32,000 nt of DNA from Candidatus Pelagibacter sp. HTCC7211 (GCF_000155895.1 NZ_DS995298.1:690001-722000); one strand, 5' to 3'; positions 8,496 to 16,948 are shown, numbered from the stretch's first letter. Program-made: numbers and translations. The notes: a model not told the origin generated them from the sequence alone.

Positions 8496-9341
8496 ATGGA
8501 GATAGTAACAAAGATTGCGCCAATTGTATTGGCGATAATTATGCTAGGGTTAGGTCTTGGATTATCGATTAAAGATTTTACAAGAATTTTAAGAAACCCT
8601 GGAGATTTTTTTGTTGGTTTTATTTCTCAATTGGTAATTTTGCCAATTATTGCTCTATTAGTAGCATTAATATTAAATTTATCTGCACCATTAGCAGTTG
8701 GCTTGATGATTATCGCCGCTGCACCAGGGGGAGTTACTTCAAACGTATTAACAAAATTTGCTGATGGAGATGTTGCTCTTTCTATTTCTTTAACATCTAT
8801 TGTAAGCTTAATTAGTATTATATCTGTTCCACTAGTTGTTATTAATTCAGCTAATTTTTTAGGAGTTGAAATTGCAAAAGATATTTCAATGACTGGTATA
8901 GCTTTAAAGATGGCATTAGTAGTTACTGTACCAGTAATTCTTGGCATGGTTATAAGAGGTTTTGCTGAAAACTTTATTTCATCTAAAATTAGTATAATTA
9001 ATAAATTAACTGGTTGGTTATTTATAGTTGTCTTTGCTGCAATTTGGATTGAAGAAAAAAATAATATTTGGACTTATCTTGCGGAAGCAGGTTTGGCAGT
9101 ATTGATTTTAAATGTGACAATGATGGTATTAGCATATTTTATTGCAAAAAAATTTGTTTCTGGAATACCACAACAAAAATGTATTGCTCTAGAGTGTGGT
9201 TTACAAAATGGAACTTTAGCAGTGTTTGTAGCAACATTGATTTTTGATGATATTGCATATGTTATCCCTACAGGAGCGTATGCTCTTTTAATGTATATTA
9301 CAGGTTTTATATTTATTTATATACTAAGAAAATCTAATTAA
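8496..9341 (+). CDS. Bile acid:Na+ symporter (BASS/SBF) family transporter
   Basis: 281 aa, polytopic. BASS signatures AAAPGGVTSNVLTKFADGDVALS and ECGLQNGTLA. Starts 23 nt after the hydrolase gene, so probably co-transcribed. Confidence 0.8.
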   Translation: MEIVTKIAPIVLAIIMLGLGLGLSIKDFTRILRNPGDFFVGFISQLVILPIIALLVALILNLSAPLAVGLMIIAAAPGGVTSNVLTKFADGDVALSISLTSIVSLISIISVPLVVINSANFLGVEIAKDISMTGIALKMALVVTVPVILGMVIRGFAENFISSKISIINKLTGWLFIVVFAAIWIEEKNNIWTYLAEAGLAVLILNVTMMVLAYFIAKKFVSGIPQQKCIALECGLQNGTLAVFVATLIFDDIAYVIPTGAYALLMYITGFIFIYILRKSN

Positions 9342-10308
9342 CATTTATAACTTTAATTTGATTAAATACTCTAAAAATAAAATTACTTAAGCTTAACATG
9401 TTTTGATCTTGTAGCTTTCGACTTCTACTCAAGGCTAGTCCTTGAATGTTAACCGAAATAAGTTTTTTTTCATTAATATGAAGAAACCTATTATTGATTA
9501 AAAATTTTAATTTTCTAACAACAGTTGGTCTTGGTATTCCAGTTATTTCTGCAATTGACATAGCATTCATTCCTCTTTCGTCTGAACCCTGAATAAATTT
9601 TTGATAAGCTCGTAGGTTTAAATCTTTAATCCTGAAGCTATCATTATGTGATGCATTTAACATAACTAAAATCCCAATAGAAAAAGTTTCCAAATCACGT
9701 ACTTCATTTCTCCATCGATTTGTAAAAATAAATAAAAATTTATAAAATTGATACCAGCAAAAAGAAAAGTTTTTTTTAATTGAAATAGAGATTTCATTTG
9801 GTTCAATAACTTTTTCCCCTACTTTTATTTTTTTTAGTAATTTACTAAATTCATGAAGTAAAATTGTTAAATCTTTTAATGTGTTTATTGCTTGAGCAGA
9901 ATAAAAAGCAGATCTGTTAACAAAAATCTTTTTTCCTGTTTTTTTAATTACATTTTTTTTTTCTAATTCTAGAACTTTTCTCCTAACACTTTCTTTCGGT
10001 ATTTTTAGGTCTTTTGAGATATCAGTAATATTAATTTTCTCAATTTCTATTGTTTTTTCCTTATAAAAAGTATCATAATCAATTATTAATCCATTTCTTC
10101 TAAAGAATATTAAGTCTTTATTAATTAAATAAATAACAATAATAAATTTATCAATATCTTGATAAGATTTATAAGATCGAATTAGCCAATTACTAATAAA
10201 CGTGTAGTAGTATGGAGCAAGTTTGCTAAAATTTTTTGCAATAGTTTTAAAAATTATTTTTTCATCAATTTGAGATGATATACTTGGTATAGACTTCATA
10301 AAACCCAT
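9334..10308 (-). CDS. Internally duplicated (tandem) winged-helix DNA-binding protein, MarR-like pseudo-dimer
   Basis: There are two homologous halves. The first pair of blocks is aa 35-72 NFSKLAPYYYTFISNW…IVIYLIN vs aa 189-227 NFSFCWYQFYKFLFIF…GILVMLN. The second pair is HTH-like blocks ISKDLKIPKESVRRKVLELEKKNVIKKTGKKIFVN (aa ~106-140) vs IAEITGIPRPTVVRKLKFLINNRFLHINEKKLISVN (aa ~261-296). The track start at 10335 is TTG; ATG candidates are at 10308 and 10299. A long ORF in ~20% GC DNA is unlikely by chance. Confidence 0.6.
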   Translation of the reverse strand: MGFMKSIPSISSQIDEKIIFKTIAKNFSKLAPYYYTFISNWLIRSYKSYQDIDKFIIVIYLINKDLIFFRRNGLIIDYDTFYKEKTIEIEKINITDISKDLKIPKESVRRKVLELEKKNVIKKTGKKIFVNRSAFYSAQAINTLKDLTILLHEFSKLLKKIKVGEKVIEPNEISISIKKNFSFCWYQFYKFLFIFTNRWRNEVRDLETFSIGILVMLNASHNDSFRIKDLNLRAYQKFIQGSDERGMNAMSIAEITGIPRPTVVRKLKFLINNRFLHINEKKLISVNIQGLALSRSRKLQDQNMLSLSNFIFRVFNQIKVINVN

Positions 10309-10350
10309 TCTGGACAATATAAAAACTACTGTCAACCCATTTTGGACATT
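10302..10350. promoter_or_regulatory. 17-nt imperfect direct repeat (15/17) at the 5' end of the tandem-wHTH gene; candidate operator
   Basis: AACCCATTCTGGACAAT (10302-10318) and AACCCATTTTGGACATT (10334-10350), offset 32 nt. An AGACTT hexamer lies before copy 1 and after copy 2. The repeat spans the divergent region between the regulator and the 74-aa ORF. Confidence 0.35.
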
Positions 10351-10391
10351 AGACTTATTTTAATATTTAAATTCTATGATTTATTACGGTC

Positions 10392-10616
10392 ATGAGTACT
10401 GAAAGCTTTAATAGAACATCTGATAATGTTCAGACCCCAAGTATAAAATTAGATGTTCTAAAGCAAAAAAAAGAAACTCAAAAATCAAAAAAAGTGTGTT
10501 TCAATAAACTTAATCACAAATTGCACATTTCTCAAAAAAAAGACAAATTAAGAAACACTGTAATTATTTGTTCAGTTTTTTTAACAATAGGGTTGCTAGG
10601 ATTTATTGTCGGTTAG
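10392..10616 (+). CDS. Hypothetical small tail-anchored membrane protein (74 aa)
   Basis: ATG start. Lys-rich soluble N-terminus followed by a single C-terminal TM (VIICSVFLTIGLLGFIVG). The architecture and a short motif are shared with the 70-aa ORF at 29711-29923. Its stop overlaps the Ldh_2 gene stop by 4 nt. Confidence 0.4.
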   Translation: MSTESFNRTSDNVQTPSIKLDVLKQKKETQKSKKVCFNKLNHKLHISQKKDKLRNTVIICSVFLTIGLLGFIVG

Positions 10617-11620
10617 AAACTCTTTAAATTTTCTAAATCCTTTTTAATCAAATCTGGAATAGATATTCTTCTATTTAAATTATTTTTATAGCGATTAAAT
10701 TTATTTTGTCCTGGATACATTATTTCTTTAATACCTTTTATTTTTGGAAGTTTTTTTATCGTTTTAATATTATCTTTTATTCTTTGATTATAATTTTTTT
10801 GAAACAAATTTGCTTTAAAAGTTATAAATAAATGACCAATGTTTTGTGGACCTGTAAAATCGTCAAAAGGATCCTTAACACGTCCTGCATGATTTCCACC
10901 TGTTAAAACTCCACTTAAGATATCAACCATCCAAGCAAGACCTGATCCTCTAAAGCCAGCTATTGGAAGCTGAACTCCTTTTAATGCTTTTTTTGCATCT
11001 GTAGTTGGTTTACCAAATTTATCTAACGCAACACCTTCAGGAATTTTTTGATTGTTCCTTGCCGCAACTCTTATCTTACCTCTATTAATAACAGATATAG
11101 ATGTATCTAATATAAATGGTATTTTTGAACCAGTTGGAGTTCCAAAACAAATAGGATTAGTTCCAAATAAACTTTTTAACGCACCATGCGGTGCAACTGC
11201 TGGAGGAGCATTTGTATAAATCATTGCTATTAAATTTTTTTTAACAGCTTGCTCTGCGTAATAACCTGATAATCCATAATGACCACTATTTTTAACAGCA
11301 ACCATTCCAATTCCTGTTTTTTTTGCATTTTTTATAGCTTGTTTAATTCCAATTTCTGCTGCAACAAAACCTATACTATTGTTTGCATCAATATGAGAAA
11401 TTGATTGAGAAATCTTTTTTATTTTAATTTTAGGTTTTGGATTTATTACTTTTTTTGAAATTCGATCACAGTACATTTTTAATCTTGATAAACCATGACC
11501 ATAAGCCCCAACTAATTCAGCATTAATTAATGCATTAGCTGAAATTAAAGCATGCTCTTTGCTAAGACCATGTTTTTGAAAGATTTTTATGATTTCTTTT
11601 TTAAGAACAGGAGTTTTCAC
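10613..11620 (-). CDS. Ldh_2 (malate/L-lactate/sulfolactate dehydrogenase 2) family NAD(P)-dependent oxidoreductase
   Basis: 335 aa. Family-typical blocks SANALINAELVGAYGHGLSRL, NSGHYGLSGYYAEQA and GFRGSGLAWMVDILSG. GTG start at 11620 is preceded by AAGGA inside the 3' end of the permease gene, 2 nt after the permease stop. It is the last gene of the tau-like operon. Confidence 0.8.
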   Translation of the reverse strand: MKTPVLKKEIIKIFQKHGLSKEHALISANALINAELVGAYGHGLSRLKMYCDRISKKVINPKPKIKIKKISQSISHIDANNSIGFVAAEIGIKQAIKNAKKTGIGMVAVKNSGHYGLSGYYAEQAVKKNLIAMIYTNAPPAVAPHGALKSLFGTNPICFGTPTGSKIPFILDTSISVINRGKIRVAARNNQKIPEGVALDKFGKPTTDAKKALKGVQLPIAGFRGSGLAWMVDILSGVLTGGNHAGRVKDPFDDFTGPQNIGHLFITFKANLFQKNYNQRIKDNIKTIKKLPKIKGIKEIMYPGQNKFNRYKNNLNRRISIPDLIKKDLENLKSF

Positions 11621-11622
11621 TG

Positions 11623-13548
11623 TTATCCTTTACCACGCCATGGAATATATCTGTCTATAAGTTTTCTTAGAGTTACATCAAATAATAATCCCAGCATTCC
11701 CATGATAAATATCGTTATCCAAATAACTTCATATTGGAAGTATTTTTTAGCTACATTTTCCACAAAACCTATACCTGTTGTTCCTGCTAAAAATTCAGCT
11801 GCAACTAATGTTCCCCAACACATCCCAACGGCCACTCTAATTCCTGTGAGTATTTCTGGTAAAGAATTGGGGAAAATTACATATCTTAAAATCTGTTTTT
11901 TAGATGCTCCTAATGAGTGAGCTGCATGTATTTTTGAAAGCTGAGTACCAGATGCACCAGCTCTTGCTGAAATAATCATAATTGATAATGAAACCATGAA
12001 AAGTAAAAATATTTTACCAGTGTTGTCAATACCAAGAACAGAAATAATTAAAGGTGCCCAAGCAAGTGGCGGAACAGGTCTGTATAATTCTATTAATGGG
12101 TCAAAGAAACCTTTTGCAAATCTATTCAGACCCATAAATAATCCTAAAGGAACACCGATAATTATTCCAAAAACTAATCCTAAGAATACTCTTAAAAATG
12201 AATCCCAAATGTGACCGTAAGGAACAGGAACTTTAAATAATTTAAAATCACCAGTTACAACTTTAAAGACATTACTTTTAAAGTTCTCTTTAACTATTCC
12301 GTCTTTTGTATGAACAGGATATTCACCTGGCAAGATATCAGCTATCCAATCTGGTAAAAGGAAGCCAATCATTTTGCTTACATCAACCATTTCAATCCAT
12401 AAAAGAGGAATATTTTTGTAACCAACACTTGGTTTTGACATCAATATAAACTTATTAAAAGTGTCAGATGGTTTTGGTAACCATCTACCTGAACCTTGTT
12501 CTGAACAAGTGGGTCCACTAGCTACAATAGTGCCCGCAGGAAATAAAAGGATATCAATTAATCTTAATCCACCCTGTTCTTTTTTTTGTAATTCATCAAA
12601 TTCAATAATTGCAGCTTGCATTTCATTTAATGCATTAGGAGGGTAGATACTAGCAAATTCTATTCTTCTTGCAATTTTAACAATGTTCTTTGCATAATCA
12701 GATGCTATCTCCTCACTATCGTCTAATCCTATTCTGTAAGTTTTAATGTCATCTTTTAATTGTTTGATTGAGCTTTTGAATTGTGGGTTATGGTTTTTTA
12801 ACTTAAAAAATTTATCATTAATTAATCTTAATTGTTCTGCAGCTGCATGAAATTTTAAGCCTTTATTAGTTTGTGGTGCAGTTGGAATTTCAATAGTATT
12901 TTCTATTGAACCACTTCCAGAATCTATTGTTGTAATTCCCCAACCACCTTGCGCATCAATAAGTTTTTGTCTTTCAGTTTTTTGACCATCTGTTTCATAA
13001 GGGTAATCTTTCTTTTTAAAATTAAAACTTAAAAGTTTTATCTCTTCTGTCATTTCCTTAAGTTTAATTTTCGTATCCATTTCCATTAACTCTTCGCTTG
13101 TTAAGAATGGAATTAATTTAGAAGTTCTATCAATATAACTTACTAGAATTGATTTTTGTTGATCATTTAAGTCAGGTGAACCTTTTATTTCATTTGCAAT
13201 TTTTAAAAGATTCTTATTTTCAATTTTAATAATGGATGTGCTTTTGAATTCTCTTTCTTCAATAGGGAATTGATATTTTAATCCTAACAACGACTCATTT
13301 ATTTTTGCTACTTGGCACAATTCATTTGCCGATTTAGGATAAAAGCCTTTTGCGATGTCCCATGAATAATATAGCCACAGCATAAGAATTGCACTAGTTC
13401 CAACTATTACCCAGTGAGTTCCACCTTTAGATCTTTCTGGATTACCAAATACAGCGTCTACTTTCTCTGTTTTTATTAATCTTCTTCCATAAAGGATGCA
13501 TCCGATAACAGCTACAATGATTAATATTGTTACAAATTGAGTTAACAT
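11623..13548 (-). CDS. tauC: NitT/TauT-family ABC permease (TauC-like core) with about 450-aa N-terminal extension containing 2 TM segments and a large soluble domain
   Basis: The C-terminal ~190 aa form a BPD_transp_1 core (…ELYRPVPPLAWAPLIISVLG…SLGASKKQILRYVIFPNSLPEILTGIRVAVGMCWGTLVAAEF…). The N-terminus has TM1 (aa ~5-21), then a basic loop (RRLIKTEK), then TM2 (aa ~45-63). About 390 aa of charged/coiled sequence follow, with no motif I recognise. ATG 13548-13546 abuts the ATPase stop. Confidence 0.85.
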   Translation of the reverse strand: MLTQFVTILIIVAVIGCILYGRRLIKTEKVDAVFGNPERSKGGTHWVIVGTSAILMLWLYYSWDIAKGFYPKSANELCQVAKINESLLGLKYQFPIEEREFKSTSIIKIENKNLLKIANEIKGSPDLNDQQKSILVSYIDRTSKLIPFLTSEELMEMDTKIKLKEMTEEIKLLSFNFKKKDYPYETDGQKTERQKLIDAQGGWGITTIDSGSGSIENTIEIPTAPQTNKGLKFHAAAEQLRLINDKFFKLKNHNPQFKSSIKQLKDDIKTYRIGLDDSEEIASDYAKNIVKIARRIEFASIYPPNALNEMQAAIIEFDELQKKEQGGLRLIDILLFPAGTIVASGPTCSEQGSGRWLPKPSDTFNKFILMSKPSVGYKNIPLLWIEMVDVSKMIGFLLPDWIADILPGEYPVHTKDGIVKENFKSNVFKVVTGDFKLFKVPVPYGHIWDSFLRVFLGLVFGIIIGVPLGLFMGLNRFAKGFFDPLIELYRPVPPLAWAPLIISVLGIDNTGKIFLLFMVSLSIMIISARAGASGTQLSKIHAAHSLGASKKQILRYVIFPNSLPEILTGIRVAVGMCWGTLVAAEFLAGTTGIGFVENVAKKYFQYEVIWITIFIMGMLGLLFDVTLRKLIDRYIPWRGKG

Positions 13549-14346
13549 TTATATATCTTTTCCCATTATTTCTTCTTCCATATCCCAAATCATGGATAAA
13601 ATTTCTTCTCTAGTTGATGAAAATTCTTTATTTTTTTTTATTTCTCTTAAGTCTTGCGTAAGGCCCATTTCTGCAAATGGAAGATTGTACTCTTTATGTA
13701 TTCTTCCTGGTCTTGGTGCCATTACATACAGTCTCTCACCAAGTAATAATGCCTCTTCTACTGAGTGAGTAATTAAAATAATTGTTTTACCTGTTTCTTT
13801 CCAAATTTTTAAAACTAAAGACTGCATCTTTTCTCTAGTTAAAGCATCCAATGCTCCTAAAGGCTCATCCATTAAAATTAAATCAGGATCGTTAATTAAA
13901 CATCTAGCAAGAGCAACTCTTTGCTGCATTCCACCAGATAATTGATATGTAGGAGTATTACCAAATCCTTTTAGTCCTACGATATCTAACCACTCCTCAA
14001 CTTTTTTTGCTGTTACATCAGAGTCTTCTTTTTTCATTCTAAGTCCAAAGTTCACATTTTCAGCAACAGTTAACCATTCAAATAATGCACCCTGCTGAAA
14101 TACCATTCCTCTTTCAACACCAGGACCATCTATTTCATTATTATTCAAAGTAATCTTTCCTGAAGTAGGTCTTAAAAACCCAGCAGTAATATTAAGCAAA
14201 GTTGTTTTTCCACAACCTGATGGCCCAAGAACTGTAAGCAATTCGCCTTTCTTAAGAGTAAAACTTACATCTTTTAATGCGTGAACTGTTTCTCCTTTTG
14301 GAGTTTTAAAAATCATATTTAGATTTTGAGAAACTAAATCACTCAT
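13549..14346 (-). CDS. tauB: NitT/TauT-family ABC transporter ATP-binding protein (TauB-like)
   Basis: Walker A GPSGCGKTT, signature LSGGMQQRV, Walker B LILMDEPLGALD, H-loop ITHSVEEA. 265 aa. Confidence 0.9.
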   Translation of the reverse strand: MSDLVSQNLNMIFKTPKGETVHALKDVSFTLKKGELLTVLGPSGCGKTTLLNITAGFLRPTSGKITLNNNEIDGPGVERGMVFQQGALFEWLTVAENVNFGLRMKKEDSDVTAKKVEEWLDIVGLKGFGNTPTYQLSGGMQQRVALARCLINDPDLILMDEPLGALDALTREKMQSLVLKIWKETGKTIILITHSVEEALLLGERLYVMAPRPGRIHKEYNLPFAEMGLTQDLREIKKNKEFSSTREEILSMIWDMEEEIMGKDI

Positions 14347-14371
14347 AGTTATCTTATATTAGAAAATTTAT

Positions 14372-14409
14372 AAAAAAAATAGGCACCAATTAATTAATCA
14401 GTGCCTATT
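14372..14409 (-). terminator. Intra-operon rho-independent terminator/attenuator between tauA-like and tauB-like genes
   Basis: On the minus strand the hairpin is AATAGGCAC / GTGCCTATT (plus-strand 14378-14386 and 14401-14409, 9-bp stem, 14-nt loop). A run of 8 U follows (plus-strand A8 at 14372-14379). It lies 22 nt downstream of the tauA-like stop. Confidence 0.65.
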
Positions 14410-14431
14410 TTGAAGTTTTAAATCCTTAAAA

Positions 14432-15373
14432 TTATAAAGGTAAGAAACTTGTATCTACAGATCCACCTGGAGTTCCCATACCTTTTAGAAACGCATCAAG
14501 ATTTCCACTTTCCATAGATTTCTTAGTTTCTTCTGGTGTTAAAAATTTGAAGCCACTTAAAGTGTCTTTCATATCTCCAACTTTCATTTCAGAAGCTTTA
14601 GCCATAGCATTCATATCAGCTTTACCAGCTTTGTATCTAGCATTAGCTTCATGAGTTACTTCAATAAAAGTTCTTAACATACCTGGGTTTTCTTTCATGA
14701 ATTTATCTGTAACAGATGTAATATCTATACCTAGGATACCAGCAGCTCTAGCTTCATCTACAGTAAGTAATCTTGAACCTACAGCAACTGCAGCTTTAAT
14801 AGAGTTACCACCAAACAAACATGCCATTACAACATCACCACTTACTAATGCAGCAGCACCTTCTTCAGGATCCATTTGAATAATATCCATTTTAGATCTG
14901 TCAGCACCAACAACTTTCATACTTTCGTCAAAAACATATTCAGCCATTGTTCCTAATGGAACAGCAACTTTTTTACCTTCTAATTCAGTTGCATTTGCTT
15001 TTGTAATCCCAGAAGCATTAGATGTTACACATGTTGTTCCACCCATTCCATATTCCATAGCAATATCAACTAATTTGATAGGAGCGTTAGATTTTACAGC
15101 ATTAATATATGGCACTAATCCTTGCGAATAAGAGATATCAATATCTCCTGCTAACATAGCATCAGTCATTGCTCCACCATTTGTGAAGTTAGTCCATTTT
15201 ACTGGAACACCCAAAGCTTTTGCAAAATTCTTTTTTTGCATGTCCTCTAAATTTGGACTTGGCCATTCTAAGAAATATGCAACTCTTACCTCATTAGCTG
15301 CAGAATTTGCAACTGACATTGAAAGATTAAGAGCTACAAAACATCCAAGAATAAAACTTAGTATTTTTTTCAT
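14432..15373 (-). CDS. tauA: Periplasmic substrate-binding protein, taurine/sulfonate (TauA) family
   Basis: Signal peptide MKKILSFILGCFVALNLSMSVANSA. It is colinear with E. coli TauA in several blocks: VRVAYF…, W.NF.NGGAM.DAMLAGDIDISY, and KFLTPEE vs TYLTPQQ. GAGG Shine-Dalgarno lies upstream of the ATG. Confidence 0.8.
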   Translation of the reverse strand: MKKILSFILGCFVALNLSMSVANSAANEVRVAYFLEWPSPNLEDMQKKNFAKALGVPVKWTNFTNGGAMTDAMLAGDIDISYSQGLVPYINAVKSNAPIKLVDIAMEYGMGGTTCVTSNASGITKANATELEGKKVAVPLGTMAEYVFDESMKVVGADRSKMDIIQMDPEEGAAALVSGDVVMACLFGGNSIKAAVAVGSRLLTVDEARAAGILGIDITSVTDKFMKENPGMLRTFIEVTHEANARYKAGKADMNAMAKASEMKVGDMKDTLSGFKFLTPEETKKSMESGNLDAFLKGMGTPGGSVDTSFLPL

Positions 15374-15567
15374 TATTTTACCTCTGTTTAATTAATTAAA
15401 TTAGAGACATTAAAATTCAATTCGGAAGCGATGTAAAACAAAAAGTAAGTATTTTTACAATCTTGGGTTGTGTCAATATTATTCTTTTAAAGTATTTATT
15501 TTAGTCTAAAGAGGCCATAAGTTTAGTTATTACAAAATAAAAATTTTATTTATAGAAAGAATTTTTT

Positions 15568-16914
15568 ATGAGCTCAGAAAATAGAACTTCAGTTCCAAAT
15601 TCATTAAACGAACATTGGATGCCATTTACATCTAATAAAGATTTTAAGGCAAATCCAAGATTAATCACTGAAGCAAAAGGGGTTTATTTAAAAACGCATC
15701 ATGGAAAAACACAAATTGATGCAAGCTCAGGATTATTTTGTAATCCTCTAGGTCATGGAAGAAAAGAAATTACAGAAGCTGTAACAAAACAATTAGAAAC
15801 TTTAGATTATGCACAACCTTTCCAACAAGGTTTTGGTGGATCATTTGAATTAGCTTCAAAAATTGCAAAACATACACCAGGTGATTTAAACAAAATGTTT
15901 TTTACAATTTGTGGATCTACAGCTGTTGAAACTGCAATTAAAATCGCGGTTGCTTATCATAGAGCAAAAGGTAATGCACAAAGATTTAGATTTGTAGGTC
16001 GTGAACGTGGATATCATGGTATGAATATTGGTTGTGTTTCAGTCGGTGGAATGGTTAATAATGTAAAAACATTTGCAAGTATTTTAATGCCAGGTGTTCA
16101 ACATATAAGACACACTCATCTACCAGAACATAAATTTGTTAGCGGACAACCTGAAACAGGTGATTATTTAGCAAATGATTTAGAAACTATTTGTCAAAAC
16201 TTTGGAGCTGAAAATATTGCAGCATGTATTGTTGAACCAATTGCAGGATCAACAGGAACTTTAGTTCCACCAAAAGGTTACTTACAAAAATTGAGAGAGA
16301 TATGTGATAAACATGGAATTCTTCTTATTTTTGATGAAGTAATTACTGGTTGGGGTAGAACAGGATCTAAATTTGGAGCTCATGAGTTTGGTGTTACACC
16401 AGATATTATGACAATGGCAAAAGCTACAACAAATGGTGTTGTTCCAATGGGCGTTGTTGCATGTCATGATGATATTTATGATGCTGTAATGGATGCTTCT
16501 CCAACAGGTGCTGTAGAGTTATTTCATGGCTATACTTATTCAGGAATTCCAGTTGCAGTAGCAGCTGCGCTAGCTGTTCAAGATATTTTCGAGAAAGATG
16601 ATATTTTTAATAGAGCAAAAAATTTAGCACCATATTTCCAAAAAAGTTTATTTTCTCTCCAAGACTTAGAATCTGTTGATAATATAAGAGGTTATGGAAT
16701 GATGGGTGGTATTGATATGAAATTAAATATTAAACCAGGTAGAGCAGGTCTTGAATGTTTTAAAGCTTGTTATGAAGCTGGTGTAAATTTTAAAGCAACA
16801 GGAGATTGTTTAATTATTGCTCCACAGTTTATTTGTGAAGAAAAGCATATTGATGAAATTATTGATAAGCTTAGAACAGGTATCACTAACTATCAAAAAA
16901 ACCAAAAGAACTAA
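15568..16914 (+). CDS. Class-III PLP aminotransferase of the omega-amino-acid:pyruvate type (taurine:pyruvate / beta-alanine:pyruvate aminotransferase)
   Basis: 448 aa. It is colinear with the Pseudomonas omega-amino-acid:pyruvate transaminase: HWMPFTSNKDFKANPRLI, GRERGYHGMNIG, ILLIFDEVITGWGRTG, and the PLP-Lys region MTMAKATTNG. It is followed by alanine dehydrogenase. Confidence 0.85.
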   Translation: MSSENRTSVPNSLNEHWMPFTSNKDFKANPRLITEAKGVYLKTHHGKTQIDASSGLFCNPLGHGRKEITEAVTKQLETLDYAQPFQQGFGGSFELASKIAKHTPGDLNKMFFTICGSTAVETAIKIAVAYHRAKGNAQRFRFVGRERGYHGMNIGCVSVGGMVNNVKTFASILMPGVQHIRHTHLPEHKFVSGQPETGDYLANDLETICQNFGAENIAACIVEPIAGSTGTLVPPKGYLQKLREICDKHGILLIFDEVITGWGRTGSKFGAHEFGVTPDIMTMAKATTNGVVPMGVVACHDDIYDAVMDASPTGAVELFHGYTYSGIPVAVAAALAVQDIFEKDDIFNRAKNLAPYFQKSLFSLQDLESVDNIRGYGMMGGIDMKLNIKPGRAGLECFKACYEAGVNFKATGDCLIIAPQFICEEKHIDEIIDKLRTGITNYQKNQKN

Positions 16915-16948
16915 TTATTTTTTTTTAAATTAAGAAAGAAGTAAGGTA

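Noticed and set aside
11552-12646. Plus-strand ORFs 11552-11920, 11996-12214 and 12461-12646
   Set aside because: They are antisense to the TauC-like permease and the Ldh_2 5' end, both of which have clear family motifs. No independent signals support them.
15382-15406. AT palindrome TTTAATTAATTAAA flanked by CTCT…AGAG, overlapping the Shine-Dalgarno (GAGG) of the tauA-like gene; possible operator or SD-sequestering hairpin
   Set aside because: Nearly pure A/T palindromes are expected by chance at this composition. The G/C-containing arms are only 4 bp and are asymmetric by one base. The predicted RNA stem would be very weak.
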